DNA of 64,000 nt from assembly GCA_964016885.1 (NCBI GenBank), contig OZ024743.1, forward strand, positions 254,882,001 through 254,946,000, in the 5' to 3' direction. A program made the position numbers and the translations under genes. Below, piece after piece: positions 43,036 through 58,382 of the stretch (the first letter of the stretch is position 1; each line of letters starts with the position of its first letter). The notes beneath the pieces were generated by a model, which did no database searches, was not told where the DNA came from, and was given only the letters and a program-made list of their open reading frames with translations. Source of the stretch: Eledone cirrhosa. Taxonomy: Eukaryota.

Positions 43036-43037
<2 letters not shown>
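42458..43037. repeat. 580-bp spacerless palindrome (two 290-bp arms)
   Basis: Centre TGC|GCA at 42747/42748. Arms complementary with few mismatches. Bracketed by (TA)n. Confidence 0.95.
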
Positions 43038-43083
<46 letters not shown>

Positions 43084-43352
43084 TAAGTTAATATTACTAA
43101 CACATTATTCTCACAACTATCATATTTAACATATTCATTTGACACACAGCACATCAATAAACAAATTTTAAAAGAAGAGATCACTTTTAAAATCACAATT
43201 GAAAAGGTAATGTTAGGAAATCTTTATTGATAATAATATAATAATTATTGCTGTTGAGTGTAACATATAGACAGTAAAGAAACAGAAATGACTGTATATA
43301 TATTTATACACACATATATATTTATAAATATAGACAGAAAGAGAGAAAGATG

Positions 43353-43394
<42 letters not shown>

Positions 43395-43809
43395 AAGAGA
43401 GAGAGAGATATGCATATATACATATATATGCATATATATTCATCATTATCATCATCATTTGACATCCGTTATCCATGCTAGCAAGGAAATATATATATAT
43501 ATATATTCTCCTTATCAGTAGTTTAAATTTTAAAGTTTTATATGCATCATTTTACACAGATTACCGAATAGTTTTTCGAAAAACCATTATTATTATTAGA
43601 TTGCTTAGTTGAGTGAGATAGGGCTCTTTTGAAAGAATGTGATAAACATTTAGAATTTACATAATCGAAAAATTGTAATAATAATAAATGGTTATAATAG
43701 CAATGGTAAAATGGTTAAGTCATATGGAAAGTAAATAACACAACAGCTTTATCTCTTTGATATTTTCTACATACATGAGGAAATTCTTGTAAAAGCATTT
43801 TATATATGT

Positions 43810-44139
<330 letters not shown>

Positions 44140-44463
44140 AGAGTGTAAAATTGGCAATATAATATGTTGTGCAAATTAGGATGAAATAAGATGAAAAGTG
44201 CTTATATATAAATATTTAGGTTTTCTGTTTGGAGCAGAGATAGGAATATAGAATTTTTTTTTTTTGGGGTAATGTGTTATTTAAGATTTTTTAAATGTTT
44301 AATGGTTGTTTTGTTGTTTTTTAAAATATATATCTCTCAACAAACAATTGCAAACATATGTACAATGATATGACGCAATGTTAACTGTTGTGATATTTGT
44401 ATGTCTGTGTGTTTTTCTATGTATGCATGTCTGTGTGTATGTGTATAATATGTATCTATGTAA

Positions 44464-44507
<44 letters not shown>

Positions 44508-44558
44508 ATTGTACTATGTTTTCATTGTTGCTTCAATTTAATTATCTACACTAACACA

Positions 44559-44631
<73 letters not shown>

Positions 44632-45029
44632 TCATACGTGTCCATTTTCCAATCTGGCATGGGTTGGAAAGTTTACGCACACACACACATTTTTATTAAG
44701 ATAAAATCCATTTATCTATAAATATCAAATGCTATTAACTGTTATCATGCAGTTATAGCCATTGTAGAATTGAATATGTTCAATTGACTTCCCCCAACCA
44801 AAATGATGCACATACAGATGCATACATACACATACCAACACAAATATTTACACATACCAACACAATTACTGACACAATAACACACACACACCACCATATT
44901 GGCACTCACACCGCCATTAATGGAAAACTGCCCCACCTACTAACTCATCTTATCACTATAAACAATTATGCCAAAGCATATCTGCCTGTTACCAAACTAA
45001 AACAGAAAATTACAATATGTATATATATA

Positions 45030-46060
<1,031 letters not shown>

Positions 46061-46110
46061 GCTGACTAGCCAACATGTGTTAAATTTTATATATATATAT
46101 ATATATATAT

Positions 46111-46415
46111 ATGGCTTAGTGGTTAGAGCATTGGGCTTGCAATCGAAAGCTTGTCAGTTCAATTCTCAGACTGGGTGATGTGTTGTTTTCTTGAGCAAGA
46201 CACTTTATTTCACATTGCTCCAGTTTACTCAACTGTATACATGAGATGATAGGACTGGAGTCTCCATCATTCCACTGCAAAAAAGCACCCTGTACTCACT
46301 GTAATTGAGGTTGATGTTAGGAAGGGCATCCAGCTGTAGAAATCAAGCCAGAATCAGTTCCTGTCCCACCCTTGCAAGTAGGGAAAAGCAGACATAAAAT
46401 GATGATGATGATGAA
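46111..46415 (+). mobile_element. tRNA-derived SINE family B (CORE-like domain plus RTE-type 3' tail)
   Basis: TGGCTTAGTGGTTAGAGC box A, GTTCAATTC box B, CTTGAGCAAGACACTT, then the AGGAAGGGCATCCAGCTGTAGAAA tail and (GAT)n. Confidence 0.85.
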
Positions 46416-47398
46416 AAATGATGATGATATCTGTATAAAAATGGTTTGTAAACAATAATCTTCATTATTATTAGTATTATTATTATATATATACAGATTG
46501 TATTAATCTCCCGAGTCTTACAATTAACCTGTTAATAATTCTATTGACAGATTAATTGCATAAATTTATTTTAAAAACTACCCAGTTGAGTGCTTATTCG
46601 ATTTGTGCTATCTATGCAATTTTGTGTATGATATACACATACTGAATTGATTTGCCAAAATCTGGGGAATTTCCGCTTGTGAATTACACATGTGCTTTTA
46701 CAAACTTCTGGGTCACTCACAAAGTTGGTTACAGAACAAAATACCTGTTGATAGCGTCATATTCCTTGTTCGATCTTTATGCTGAAAGTTTATAGTTTTA
46801 AGCAGACAGTATTATTGATTTAGATGTCATAGAAACCCTTCATTTGGATTTTACCATCAATTCCACTTGGGTCTAGGTCTGTTTTTATCATTTATTTTGT
46901 TTGACCTGTTTAGCTTGATTTGTTTTTTGGCTTAGGTGGTTAAAGCCTTCTTGACCACTTTTCAATTTGTATGGCATTTTAACATATTGTTTAGCTCTAG
47001 TTTTCTTAACTATTGGAGCGCTTGCCAGTATTTCTACGATTTTGCATTTCGTTTCGCTTTTTCTACCGGCCGAAATACGATTCTCGCTGAATTTATATTT
47101 ATATATATACATATATATATATATATTCATATGTAAGAATAAACAGGTCAAATAGAGTGATGAAAAAACAGTCATATATATATATACATTCATACATTTG
47201 TGTGTGTGTGTATATACACACAGACATACACACATATATATATATATATATGCATATATATATATATTTATATATATATATATATACGGCTCTGCTCCAA
47301 AGCATAGAGCTAATTATTATGCTGCCAATACCTTAATGGGACACGGGTATACAATACCTAACTCCTATTAACCTAAGTATATATATATATATATATGC

Positions 47399-47429
<31 letters not shown>

Positions 47430-47479
47430 CAATTATAAATTTATATTGGCGTACACATTTGTATATATATATATATATA

Positions 47480-47748
47480 CTGCAAAGTGGTCATGGAGGT
47501 AACACAACAAAAAAACACCCATTCCCCACTGTAAGGTGGTCGTGTAGGCGCCACAGAAAAAAAAGCATGCTGCACTCACTGTAAATGAGATTGGTGTTAG
47601 GAAGGGCATCCAGTTATAGAAATCAAGCCAAAATCAGTTCCCATATGAGCAAGACAAGGTCACCCGACCTGACATTGCTCACAACAAGACAACCTGTCTA
47701 ACTCATGCTAGCGTGGAAGAATGGACCTAAAACAGTAATGATGATGAT
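47480..47748 (+). mobile_element. RTE 3' UTR fragment
   Basis: Matches 33295-33557. Confidence 0.8.
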
Positions 47749-47809
47749 ATGTATATATATATATACATACAATTATAAATTTATATTTATATACATATTT
47801 GTATAAATG

Positions 47810-48419
47810 TATATACGCGAACGACAAAGCATAAATGAATTGAGAGAGAGACTGAGCATAAGAAGAATCAAATGCTGTGTGCAGGAGAGGCAGTTGCGTT
47901 GGTATAGACATGTGATGCGTATGAAGGATGACAGCTGCATAAAAAGGTGCAGAGCACTAGAAGTCAATGGAAACCGCGGAGTGGGGAGACCCAAGAAGAC
48001 CTGGGATGAGGTGATAAAAGCTGACCTTTCCCAATTACACCTCTCAAAGGCGATGACACACGACCGTGACCTCTGGCGTCACGCAGTAATACAGAGTACC
48101 CAACCTCCCATGAGTACAAGCTGAAGCATATAGACAATATGCCCCCACACCCTCCCACTCAAGGTGGTCGTGGAGGTGCCATGGCAAAAATGCACCCAGC
48201 CCAGACTGTAAAGTGGATGTGTAGGCGCCACGGAAAAAGCATCCAGCACTCACTGTAAATGAGGTTGGTGTTAGGAAGAGCATCCAGCTGTAGAAACCAA
48301 TCTAAAATCAGTTCCAGTATGAGCAAGGCATGGTCAGCCGACCAGACACTGCCCACAACAGGACAACCCGTCTAACCCATGCTAGCATGGAAGAACGGAC
48401 GTAAAACGGTGATGATGAT
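47810..48419 (+). mobile_element. 5'-truncated RTE LINE, same family as 30050-33557
   Basis: [31 protein letters not shown]...GRPKKTW, 3' UTR, (GAT)n. Confidence 0.92.
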
Positions 48420-50782
48420 ATACACACACATGTATATAGTGATCATACACATCATAATGCATTTAAGAAGTTTGCCTCACAACCATTATGTCTCAGGTTC
48501 AATAAATTCTCCATGGCATGTTGGGTCAATTTCTCTTATGACAGTATCAGATAGTGAAATAATGGAAAATGTTTATATTTGATTTTTTTACAATGAATGC
48601 CTCTAATATAAAACCTAACCTTTTCATTAACAACCAACACAAAGTAGCCCCAATTCTTATGACCTGCCTCTTGATTTAAATTTGTTAATATTTATATGAA
48701 AATAATTTTAGGGAAGAATATCTTTAAACTATGTACTAAATGCTTGCTTAATAATTTGGGCTGTTATTTTACTAAATTCTTTCAAATTGTCGGTATATTT
48801 CTTTTAGAATACGGTATCAAAAGGATTAAATTTATGTTAAATCCTCAAATAGCTACTTTGTTCTCGTATGTGTATTCATTTATGCTAATTAAACTATTTC
48901 CTCTATATTTTACATTCTGCTTGACATGTATGATATTTCTATAGTAGTATTCTTTTGTATACAGAATCATGTAACTAGTTATTTTATGATGAGATGAAAA
49001 ATATGTATAAAGGTCATTTATTTTTTCCTGCATACAGACAAATAATTGAAATGGATTATGCTTTATTCTTTTTTAAAGCGAAGAATTTTAATTGAAAATT
49101 GATTTTATCTACATTAGGATATAAGGGAGCTGCTGGTCAGATTTGACAAAGGAAACTGTTTACATTGGTCTTTCATTTGCTGATACTAACTTTTGTTGTT
49201 ACTACTTTTCCAGTAACTGAAGCAGGATTTGAACATAGAATACAGGTACTGAAACAGGTACTGAAAAAGGTACTGAAAAACATCCTATCTGACCCATTCA
49301 CAATTTTTTCTATCCATTACCCTATACTTAGGATATTTATTGACCACCAAAAGGATGAGAGGCAAAGTTAACCTTTGTATGATTTAAAGTTAGATCACTC
49401 ACTGAAAGCCAGATAAAATACAGGTGCATTTTATATAATGCTTTGACTTTGCCAATTTACTGGCTTTTTAACATTTGTCTTTATAGCTATGTTAAATTAA
49501 CTTGAAATGTTTGCATGTGAAAGCACAGAATAAGGTGGTTAGCATGCTGGACCCACTGCTCGCTGATGTCAACTTTGCCTTTAATCCAGTACAGGGCTGA
49601 TTCTTCTTCTATCTCTCTTTATCACTTTACCTTTCTTGCTGTCTGGAAGAAATCTGCTGTAGTCCAATTTGCCAGGTTTAAAATACTAAAGACACATTGT
49701 GTAACAGGATGCTATGCCTATGACACAATCAGGAGTTAATGGCTATTGGGATCTCTATCATTAAAACTCCAAAGAAACCTCTTATGATATGCAACCACGT
49801 AGGGGGTAGCTAAACCTGAAGCAAAGTTAAGGATTGTTGTGGAAGAGTATGATAAACACAATGAATAAAATAACTTTGGTTAGATGTGTAACTTTACTTC
49901 ACTTTAGTTAAAAAGGAAAAAAGAATACAATTATTTCAAATCATAAAAATATAAAGTTGTTGGTAGCACTCACAAATGAATACAGTGATGAAAAAGGTCC
50001 CTGTGTTGTGCTGGAGAATCTCTGTTTATATGAAGAGGCAGATGTTTCTGTCTGGTTAAAGTTCTAATGGATAAATTGCTGTCAGGCCCTTGTCGACAGG
50101 GCCAAAGTTTATTTTGCTAAGTACTACATCTTACTACTTGTTTGAGCAGGTGGAAGTGATGCTTCTCTCCTGAAGAACCAGTGTTGAATAATGATCCAAA
50201 GAAAAACTTATCTTACATCACCCCAAGCTAACCAGCTACTCTAGATAAATGACACCAACTAAGATAAAGAGAAATAGCAGCCAGATGTCATTCGAGGGTC
50301 AGTGTTTGCAAAAAGATTTCACTGAAAACCTACATATATTTGAGCTGTAACAATGTATGTATCTGTGGGATAGGATTGAGGCTCCTACCATTAAAATACC
50401 CAGAAAACCCTCCTTTCAGATACAATCACATATGAGGCAAGCTAAACTTGCAGAAGTGTGAGCTGTAAATATTTTCTGATATATGTTCTAGAATAAAATA
50501 CTTATTATTTAATAATATTTAGCTTTTCCTAATGTGTGGGTGGGAGATGGGATGTAGCTAAGAGTAAATTTAATTGATCAAAGTAATTAGCTTCCCCCTG
50601 GAGCGATTATAACAGAAAACTATGTAAATAAATATTGCTAATAAAAACCACAAGGCATTTCTTACATATCTGCACTGATTATGAGAGCCACCAACCTTGA
50701 AAATAAGAAAAAACATTAAAAATATTATTTCTTCTTCTCTTTCTTTTTTTTCTTTTACTTCTTTTTTCTTTTTCTTTTTATT

Positions 50783-50837
50783 TTCTTCTTCTTCTTCTTC
50801 TTCTTCTTCTTCTTCTTCTTCTTCTTCTTCTTCTTCT
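50783..50837. repeat. (TTC)n microsatellite
   Basis: Directly visible. Confidence 0.95.
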
Positions 50838-51726
50838 AACTTTGAGGGGTGGGTATTTCACTATCACTTGTGATCTACGGTGGGTGGAGGGGGCTTTACA
50901 AGACAAGGTGAGTGAGTGGAGTAGCTGCTTTCAGCTATCTACATGGGGAGTGGGTTACCATGAAAGCACATTTACTATTAAAAGAAATATATGCATTGTA
51001 CATAATAAGTTGGTGTTGAGTAAGATATATGAAGTGTAGAAGTATTTACATTACTGCTATCATAATCACCATCACCACTACCAAAACTACAACCATCATC
51101 ATCATCCTTATTATTATTGTTGTTATTAAAATAAAACATATATACAAAAAAGTATAAAAATTGTTGAAAGGAATGAATTAATTTTGTTTGAAAAATGTAT
51201 TTCATGAACCCAATTATTTTTGAACATTGAAATTCATTTTCTTGGAGGCGTGAATTTAATTTTTGACACCAAGTTGTAAAACTTCAAAACTGTATTCCTG
51301 ATAAAAGTTTAGTTTTCAAAAAGTTATTAAAATGGAGTGGAATTAATTAGTGTTGGTATCAAAGGGAGAAAACTTTTAAACAACTCTGCACACAAGAGTG
51401 TGTATGTATGTTATTTGTGTATACATTTAATTATTTTATATATATATATAGATATATATATATATAAGGAAAAGTAGACATTAAATGATGATGATGTATA
51501 TATTAATAAAAACATATTTTCATATAAAGCGATTGGCTAGAAAACATTGGGAAAATCTGATATGCATGCCCCCCCCCCCCCCCCCCCACGCAAATGACTA
51601 TAATAATAGGTAAGAAAATTGGTAAAGAACTGAAAAGGACCTGCTCAACACCTACGAGCATGGAAAAATATAATATATATTTATATATAGAGAGAGATGT
51701 ACATACATTTATATATATACATATAT

Positions 51727-52073
51727 GGAGGCACATGGCTTAGTGGTTAGAGCATTTGCCTTGCAATCAAAAGGTTGTGAGTTCAGTTCTCAGACCAGGT
51801 GATGTGTTGTTTACTTGAGCAAGACACTTTATTTCACATTGCTCCAGTTTACTCGGCTGTAGAAATGAGATGATAGGGACTGGGGTCCATATCATTCCAC
51901 TGCAAAGTGGTCGTGGAGGTGCCACGGCAAAAAAGCACCCAGCACTCACTGTAAATGAGGTTGGTGTTTGGAAGGGCATCCAGCTGTAGAAATCAAGCTA
52001 GAATCAGTTCTCGTCCCACCCTTGCAAGCAGGGAAAAAGCAGATGTAAAATGAAATGATGATGATGATGATGA
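51727..52073 (+). mobile_element. SINE family B
   Basis: Matches 46111-46415. Confidence 0.88.
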
Positions 52074-52284
52074 TATATAGATGCATATACATATATATAT
52101 ATGCATATATATGCATACATATGCATATACATATATATATATATGCATATACATATATTAGTAGTATTAGTATCATTTTATGCCGGCTTTTCCCTGCATA
52201 TGCATATATATATATAACCATTAGCATATATATATATGCATATGCATATATATATATCCATATGCATATGCATATATATATATC

Positions 52285-53790
52285 CATGTCTCAACAATGG
52301 TGCTACTCCAGAGCAGTGGAAAACTGCCAGTGTCATTCCCCTGTTCAAAAAGGGCAACTGCACATCACCTGTCAACTATCGTCCAGTCAGTCTTACTAGC
52401 TGTATTGCCAAACTAATGGAATCCTGTGTCAGAGAAACACTTTGGAACTTCTGGAACTCTCACAGCCTCATCCGGCCCTCGCAATTTGGATTTATCCCTA
52501 ACTCCAGCTGCTGTGATCAGCTTTTCGAGTTCCTTGAAGACATTACCCGGATCACTGACAGCGGCTCATGAGTGGATGTTGTTTACCTTGCCTTCGCTAA
52601 GGCTTTTAATTCTGTGCTACACAAAAGACTTATGGCAAAACTTTCTGCAATGGGTGTGAAATATGATCTTTTTAACTGGTTGAAATCCTCATTCTCAGCC
52701 AAAACGAGGTAGTCACAGTTCTAGGACAGCATTCTTCACCATATGAGAATCTGTTCTTGGTCCCGTTTTGTTTGTTGCATACATTAATGACATAGATGCC
52801 AACTTAAAGAATGCCACAGTACTGAAATATGCAGATGACATCAAGCTGTACCTTGAAATCAAAAGGACAGATCCTGAAATCTATAACTCTTTCCTACAAT
52901 CAGACCTGGACACAATGCAGCAATGGATCACGGACTGGCAACTGAAGCTGGCTGTGGACAAGTTTTCCACCATGTATTTTGTGAGGAAAAATCCAGCGTC
53001 CACATACTCCCTCCACAACACTGATATCAAGAAGTCTTCCTGTGAACGTTACCTGGGCATTACTGTCAGCAACGATTTGTGTTGGACGAAGCACATCTCT
53101 AAAATTGTCAAGAAGGCCGAGGGTGTCTTGGCATTACTCAGCAAGACCTTTGTTAGCTGCTCTCTGGCCATCTATTTAAAGCTGTATACAGCTATGGTAC
53201 GACCACACTTTGAATTCGCATTATCTGTCTGGAACCCCTATCTTGCTCAGAACATTGACCTCCTGGAAAGTGTTCAGAGACGTGCAACCAAGCGCATACC
53301 CTCCATCAGACACTTACCATACTCTGAACACCTTGCTTCCCTGGGCATGGATTCATTGAAGCTCCGATGTCTGGCAATGGACTTGGTAAACGCCCACAAA
53401 GTTATTAACCATCTCGCCAACAACAACCCTGAGCACCTTTTTGATCTCCATGTGTCTAACACACGTAGACATGCCTACAAAGTCAGCACAGCTCCCATGA
53501 GTTTCGGAAACATTTTTACACACTTAGAGTTGCTGAAGCATGGAACAAACTGCCTGCGTTAGTTGTTAGCTGTCGAGACACTGCATCCTTTAAAACACTC
53601 ATGCTTCCCGAAATTCGCCAAAACTACACCTGATGTCCCCCTTCCATACACATACAAACATGTATATCATGACTCATGCACTGTTCATTTTTCTGACGTT
53701 TGTACATTATCCTATGTACTATACATACACTTTTGATGAGTTGTAGTGCACATGAGCACTGTACACAATATTTTCATTATTATTATTATT
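52285..53790 (+). mobile_element. 5'-truncated CR1-clade LINE (family 2) with (ATT)n tail
   Basis: NYRPVSLTS...QFGFIP...YINDID...KYADDIKL...VRPHFEFA...WNPY. Colinear with 19105-20815. Confidence 0.92.
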
Positions 53791-54327
53791 ATATGCATAT
53801 ATATGCATATATATATATACATATATATATGCATTTATATACATATATATATATGTATCTACATATCTATACATAGTAGATGTAGATTATGATGATACTG
53901 TATATGTGTTTCATATGTAGCTTCTGACATTTCCTTCTTTCAAAGTCGATAAATAATTAATGAATTGATAATTCTATATAGTTATTAATGATTTATGGGA
54001 TTTCCACAGAAGACACAGCAAATATGAGAAAGATTGCAACTAGCTATCTATCTGTTTATTTATTTTAATATGTATGTACGTATGAATAAATATATATTTA
54101 TGTATTTGTTATGTTTGCATCTGTATATATGTAAGTGCATGTTTATGAAGATATATTACTATTTCATATATATATATACATATATGCATATGTGTGTGTA
54201 AGTATATATACAAACACTCACACAGATGCAAGCATATATTACATTGCTTGAAGGATTACTAAAAATTTTGGACAACTTAAAAAATATTCAGATAAAATTT
54301 ATATATATTATATAAACAGGTATGTGA

Positions 54328-54580
54328 GTATCATCATCATCCTCCTTTCCATTCATTTTACCATGAATGCATGGTTTGTACTTGTGTTTTCCAGCACGGC
54401 TTCCTCCTACTTGTGTTCCTTTGTCATCTCCTCGGTATATTTCACCACTTTAAAATCTACTCTTACCTCGTTTAACCAGGGGTTCCTTGGTCTTCCTTTA
54501 CTGCAGCTTCCATATACTGTAAACTCTTGGTACTTTTTTACCTAATGTCTTTCATTCATATGCATCACATGTCTATAAAT
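54328..54580 (-). mobile_element. Old RTE 3' end remnant
   Basis: The minus strand gives RHVMHM...GRPRNPW followed by a (GAT)n-like tail. Confidence 0.6.
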
Positions 54581-56149
54581 AACCATGGACACTACTCTTC
54601 CCTCTATGAGTAAAAAATATGAAAAAATATAACACTTGAAAATTTATTGATATAAAAAATAAAAAAAACAAACTTTTTTTGTAATTGTAATAAATAAGAA
54701 ATAACATGCCCAACAGACAGTTGATATCAGTGATTGAAATATTGGTATAGAATAGATTTTGTATTGGATGTTCAATTGATGGTCTCAGTAATTAAATAAA
54801 TTAGTGGCCGATACTAAAACTATTAAATAATATTGGTATCTGAGAGTGTAATGGTGATGGTGCTGGTAGTGTTGTTATTGTTGATGATGAGAGTGTTGGT
54901 AATGGTGTGGATTTACACACAAGGTTTTGCTTGACTCACCAGGCAATGCCTCACACTCAATATTGCTCCACTCACTCAACATTACTCCACTCACATGTTT
55001 TTGCTCCATTCATACTGTGTTACTCCATTCACATGCTTTTACTCTCCACACAGCTCTGTTCGGCTCAAATGACTTTGTTCCACCCACACGGCTTTGCTCC
55101 AGTAACAAATATTTGCTCCAATCACATATGATTTTACTATATACACATACATAGTTTTACTCCACCCAAAAACTTTTACTTGTCTGAAAAGAAATATGTA
55201 CTAGCATCAGAGAGGTGGCCCATCTATGGGAGGTATTATACTCTCCACATGAATATGAGATAAGCATCTATCTGATGAGTCCTTAGACACAAGAAAAAAA
55301 ACATTTATTCATTTATTTATTTATGTTTAACCAGTCAGTTGAATCTCCCCAAATACAGAAACCAATCCATATTGTATTGATATGTAAGGGTTGAAAGCAA
55401 AATTGAACATTAGTGGGAAAGTTTGATCAGAGAAATACAGAGGCGTGTAACTAAATACTTTGAAGGCATTTAGTTGTCTCTTACTCAGCTCCATCTACAC
55501 TCTACAGTTCTTCAAATTAACCAAACGGCTCCTATGATTTCTGCCCAAATACAAGACAGACAAAAATTTTAACAAGACTTAATTATAAGGAACACTTGAT
55601 ATTCATGCTTGCATAACAGCAAAGTTTAGCTGGTTAGTTTGCGAAGGAAATTCAATTGCCTCGTTGTTCAAACGGTTCAGCATAAACATCGTATAAGAAT
55701 TCAATATCTAAATTTAATAAAACTTCTAAATGGAGTTAAAGATTTAGACAAGATGACTGCAAGAAATATGTAGCTAGACAAATTAAATCATAATTAGGTG
55801 TTATTCTTCTGCTTCAAATCTAATATTATCTATTATATAAGGATGATCAGAGCCAAATCGTTTAGTTTTAATTCAGTCTGCATCAGCATATTGGCAAATA
55901 GCAAATGGCAACAACTGTAGTGTCCTTGTATAGATTGTGTACTGGTGTGTGATTCTAAAACACTGTATCTCTCTCACTCTCTCTTCGTATATAAATATAT
56001 ATATATATGTATATATAATATATATATGTAAGCATATATATATTATATATATATATATGCATATATATATATTATATATCTCTATATATTATATATATGC
56101 ATATACATACATTATATATAAGCATATATATATATTATATATATTATTT

Positions 56150-56330
56150 TTGGCAGTATCGATAGAGGGTCGGACGCCATGCTTTCCAGCATAGTTACGT
56201 CCCTTTATGGTCTGAGTTCAAATCCCGCCGAGGTTGACTTTGCTTTTCATCCTACGGGGGTCGATAAAATAAAGTATCAGTAAGGTACTGGGTAATTGCT
56301 GGCCTTGTGCCTAAAGTAGAAACAATTATT
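56150..56330 (+). mobile_element. SINE family A
   Basis: Matches other copies. Confidence 0.9.
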
Positions 56331-56542
56331 TATATATGCATATACATATATTATATATATGCATTTATATATTATATATATTATTTATATATATGCTTAT
56401 ACATATATTATATATATGCATATATATATTATATATATTAGTAATAATCATTAATTTGAAGACTAAAATCCAAAGAGGGCTCGATAAGAATAAATATATA
56501 TCAAATATATAAGAACTGTAGAGCAAATATTTATTAAAATAA

Positions 56543-58013
56543 CAGATTAAAGTTTAAGCAAAGAATCGCTGCTTTCACCCTTAACGGGATCTTCTGAAAC
56601 TAAAAAAATCAATCTGTGAACGCAGAAGTAAATATTTCAAAAAACTTTGCACCCGAAGGAAGACAGGAAGACGATACTTTGGTTCGTGGAAACGTTCTCT
56701 GGCAAAGAACGGGAAAAAACGAATATAATACGTCATAATTTGGAGCGGTGAAAACAATTACACGCAAAGACAAAACCACGCTTATGGTATAAATGAAGTC
56801 GTAGACTAATATTCTATTAGGTGGTTCGTGGAGACGTTCTCTGGCAATGAACGGAACAAACGAAGATAATACGTCATTATGTGGAACGTGGAGAACAATT
56901 ACACGCAAAGACAAAACCACGTATATGGTATAACTGAAGTCGTAGACTTAAATTCTATTAGGAAACCGAATGATTCCCGGCTTCAGAGTTAAGAATAAAG
57001 TAAATAAATTACAGAGGTAATTGAAATTAAATATATACATGCACGCAACCATATACGTACATATGCAAGCATACGCGAAAACACCCGCAATCGGTATACC
57101 TATACAAGCACGTACACAAAAAAGAAGAAGAAAAAACACACGCACGCACATACAGACCCCACGCAACGCCTGTACACACACGCACACGAACGTATACACC
57201 AAATACACATACAAATATATATAAAAAATATAAATATATATATGTGTGTGAGTGTGCGTGTATACATATAATTATATAAACGTATAGAAATATACACACA
57301 TAAATACGTATAAACGCGCTCACACACATACCACTTATAAATACACATATGTACGCAGACGTACGTCAACCAAAACACAAAGTACACATATACACACACC
57401 CTATATACATACGAACCCGCATACTCACACAGACACAAAACTCACGTATACACATAACCATATGCACATGTACCAGTATATATAATATATACGCCATAAC
57501 ATATACAAGCAAATATACGTACGAGAAATATCCGCGTATAGTTCGTACTATCCGTTATGGTATAATGTGGGGCTGTAATACAGGAAAGGTTTGTGCAATT
57601 TATGTTTACAAGCCGAAATTGCCTCACATCTTTTGTTCATGATGTGGTCTTTGTGTAATTGTTCTCAACGATCCACATAATGACGTATTATCTTTGTTTG
57701 TTCCGTTCATTGCCAGAGAACCTCTCCACGAACCACCTAATAGAATATTAGTCTACGACTTCATTTATACCATAAACGTGGTTTTGTCTTTGCGTGTAAT
57801 TGTTTTCACGCTCCAAATGATGACGTATTATCTTCGTCTTTATCCGTTCTTTGCCAGGGAACGTTTCCACGAACCAAAGTATCGTCTTCCTGTCTTCCTT
57901 CGGTTGCAACGTTTTTTGAAATTTTTACTTCTGCGTTCACGGATTGATTTTTTTAGTTTTAGAAGATCCCGTTAAGGGTGAAAGCAGCGATTCTTTGCTT
58001 AAACTTTAATCTG
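56543..58013. repeat. Foldback element: ~370-bp inverted arms (56543-56911 / 57648-58013) with internal ~142-bp tandem units
   Basis: Arms are reverse-complementary by eye. Tandem unit GGTTCGTGGA.ACGTTCTCTGGCAA at 56681 and 56823. Confidence 0.88.
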
Positions 58014-58049
58014 ATATATTATATATATGCATATATTATATATATTGCA

Positions 58050-58192
58050 ACAAAGAGTTACGGCCCTTTGTAGTCTGAGTTCAAATCCCACCGAGGTTAA
58101 CTTTGCCTTCAATCCTTACGGGATCGATAAAATAAAGTACCAGTAATACACTGAAATAATTGCTGGCCTTTTACCAAAAGTAGAAACAATTA
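58050..58192 (+). mobile_element. SINE family A, 5'-truncated
   Basis: Matches other copies. Confidence 0.85.
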
Positions 58193-58382
58193 TATATATG
58201 CATTTATATATTATATATATTATTTATATATATGCTTATACATATATTATATATATGCATATATATTTATTATATATATTATATATAGGCATATACATGT
58301 ATTATATATATGCATATATATATATTATATATATATATGCATGCATATATATTATATATATACATGCATGCATATATATTAT

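Noticed and set aside
55272-55300. CTGATGA-GTC CTTA GAC hammerhead-like start
   Set aside because: GAAA is displaced by 4 nt and there is no stem III, NUH or stem I partner.
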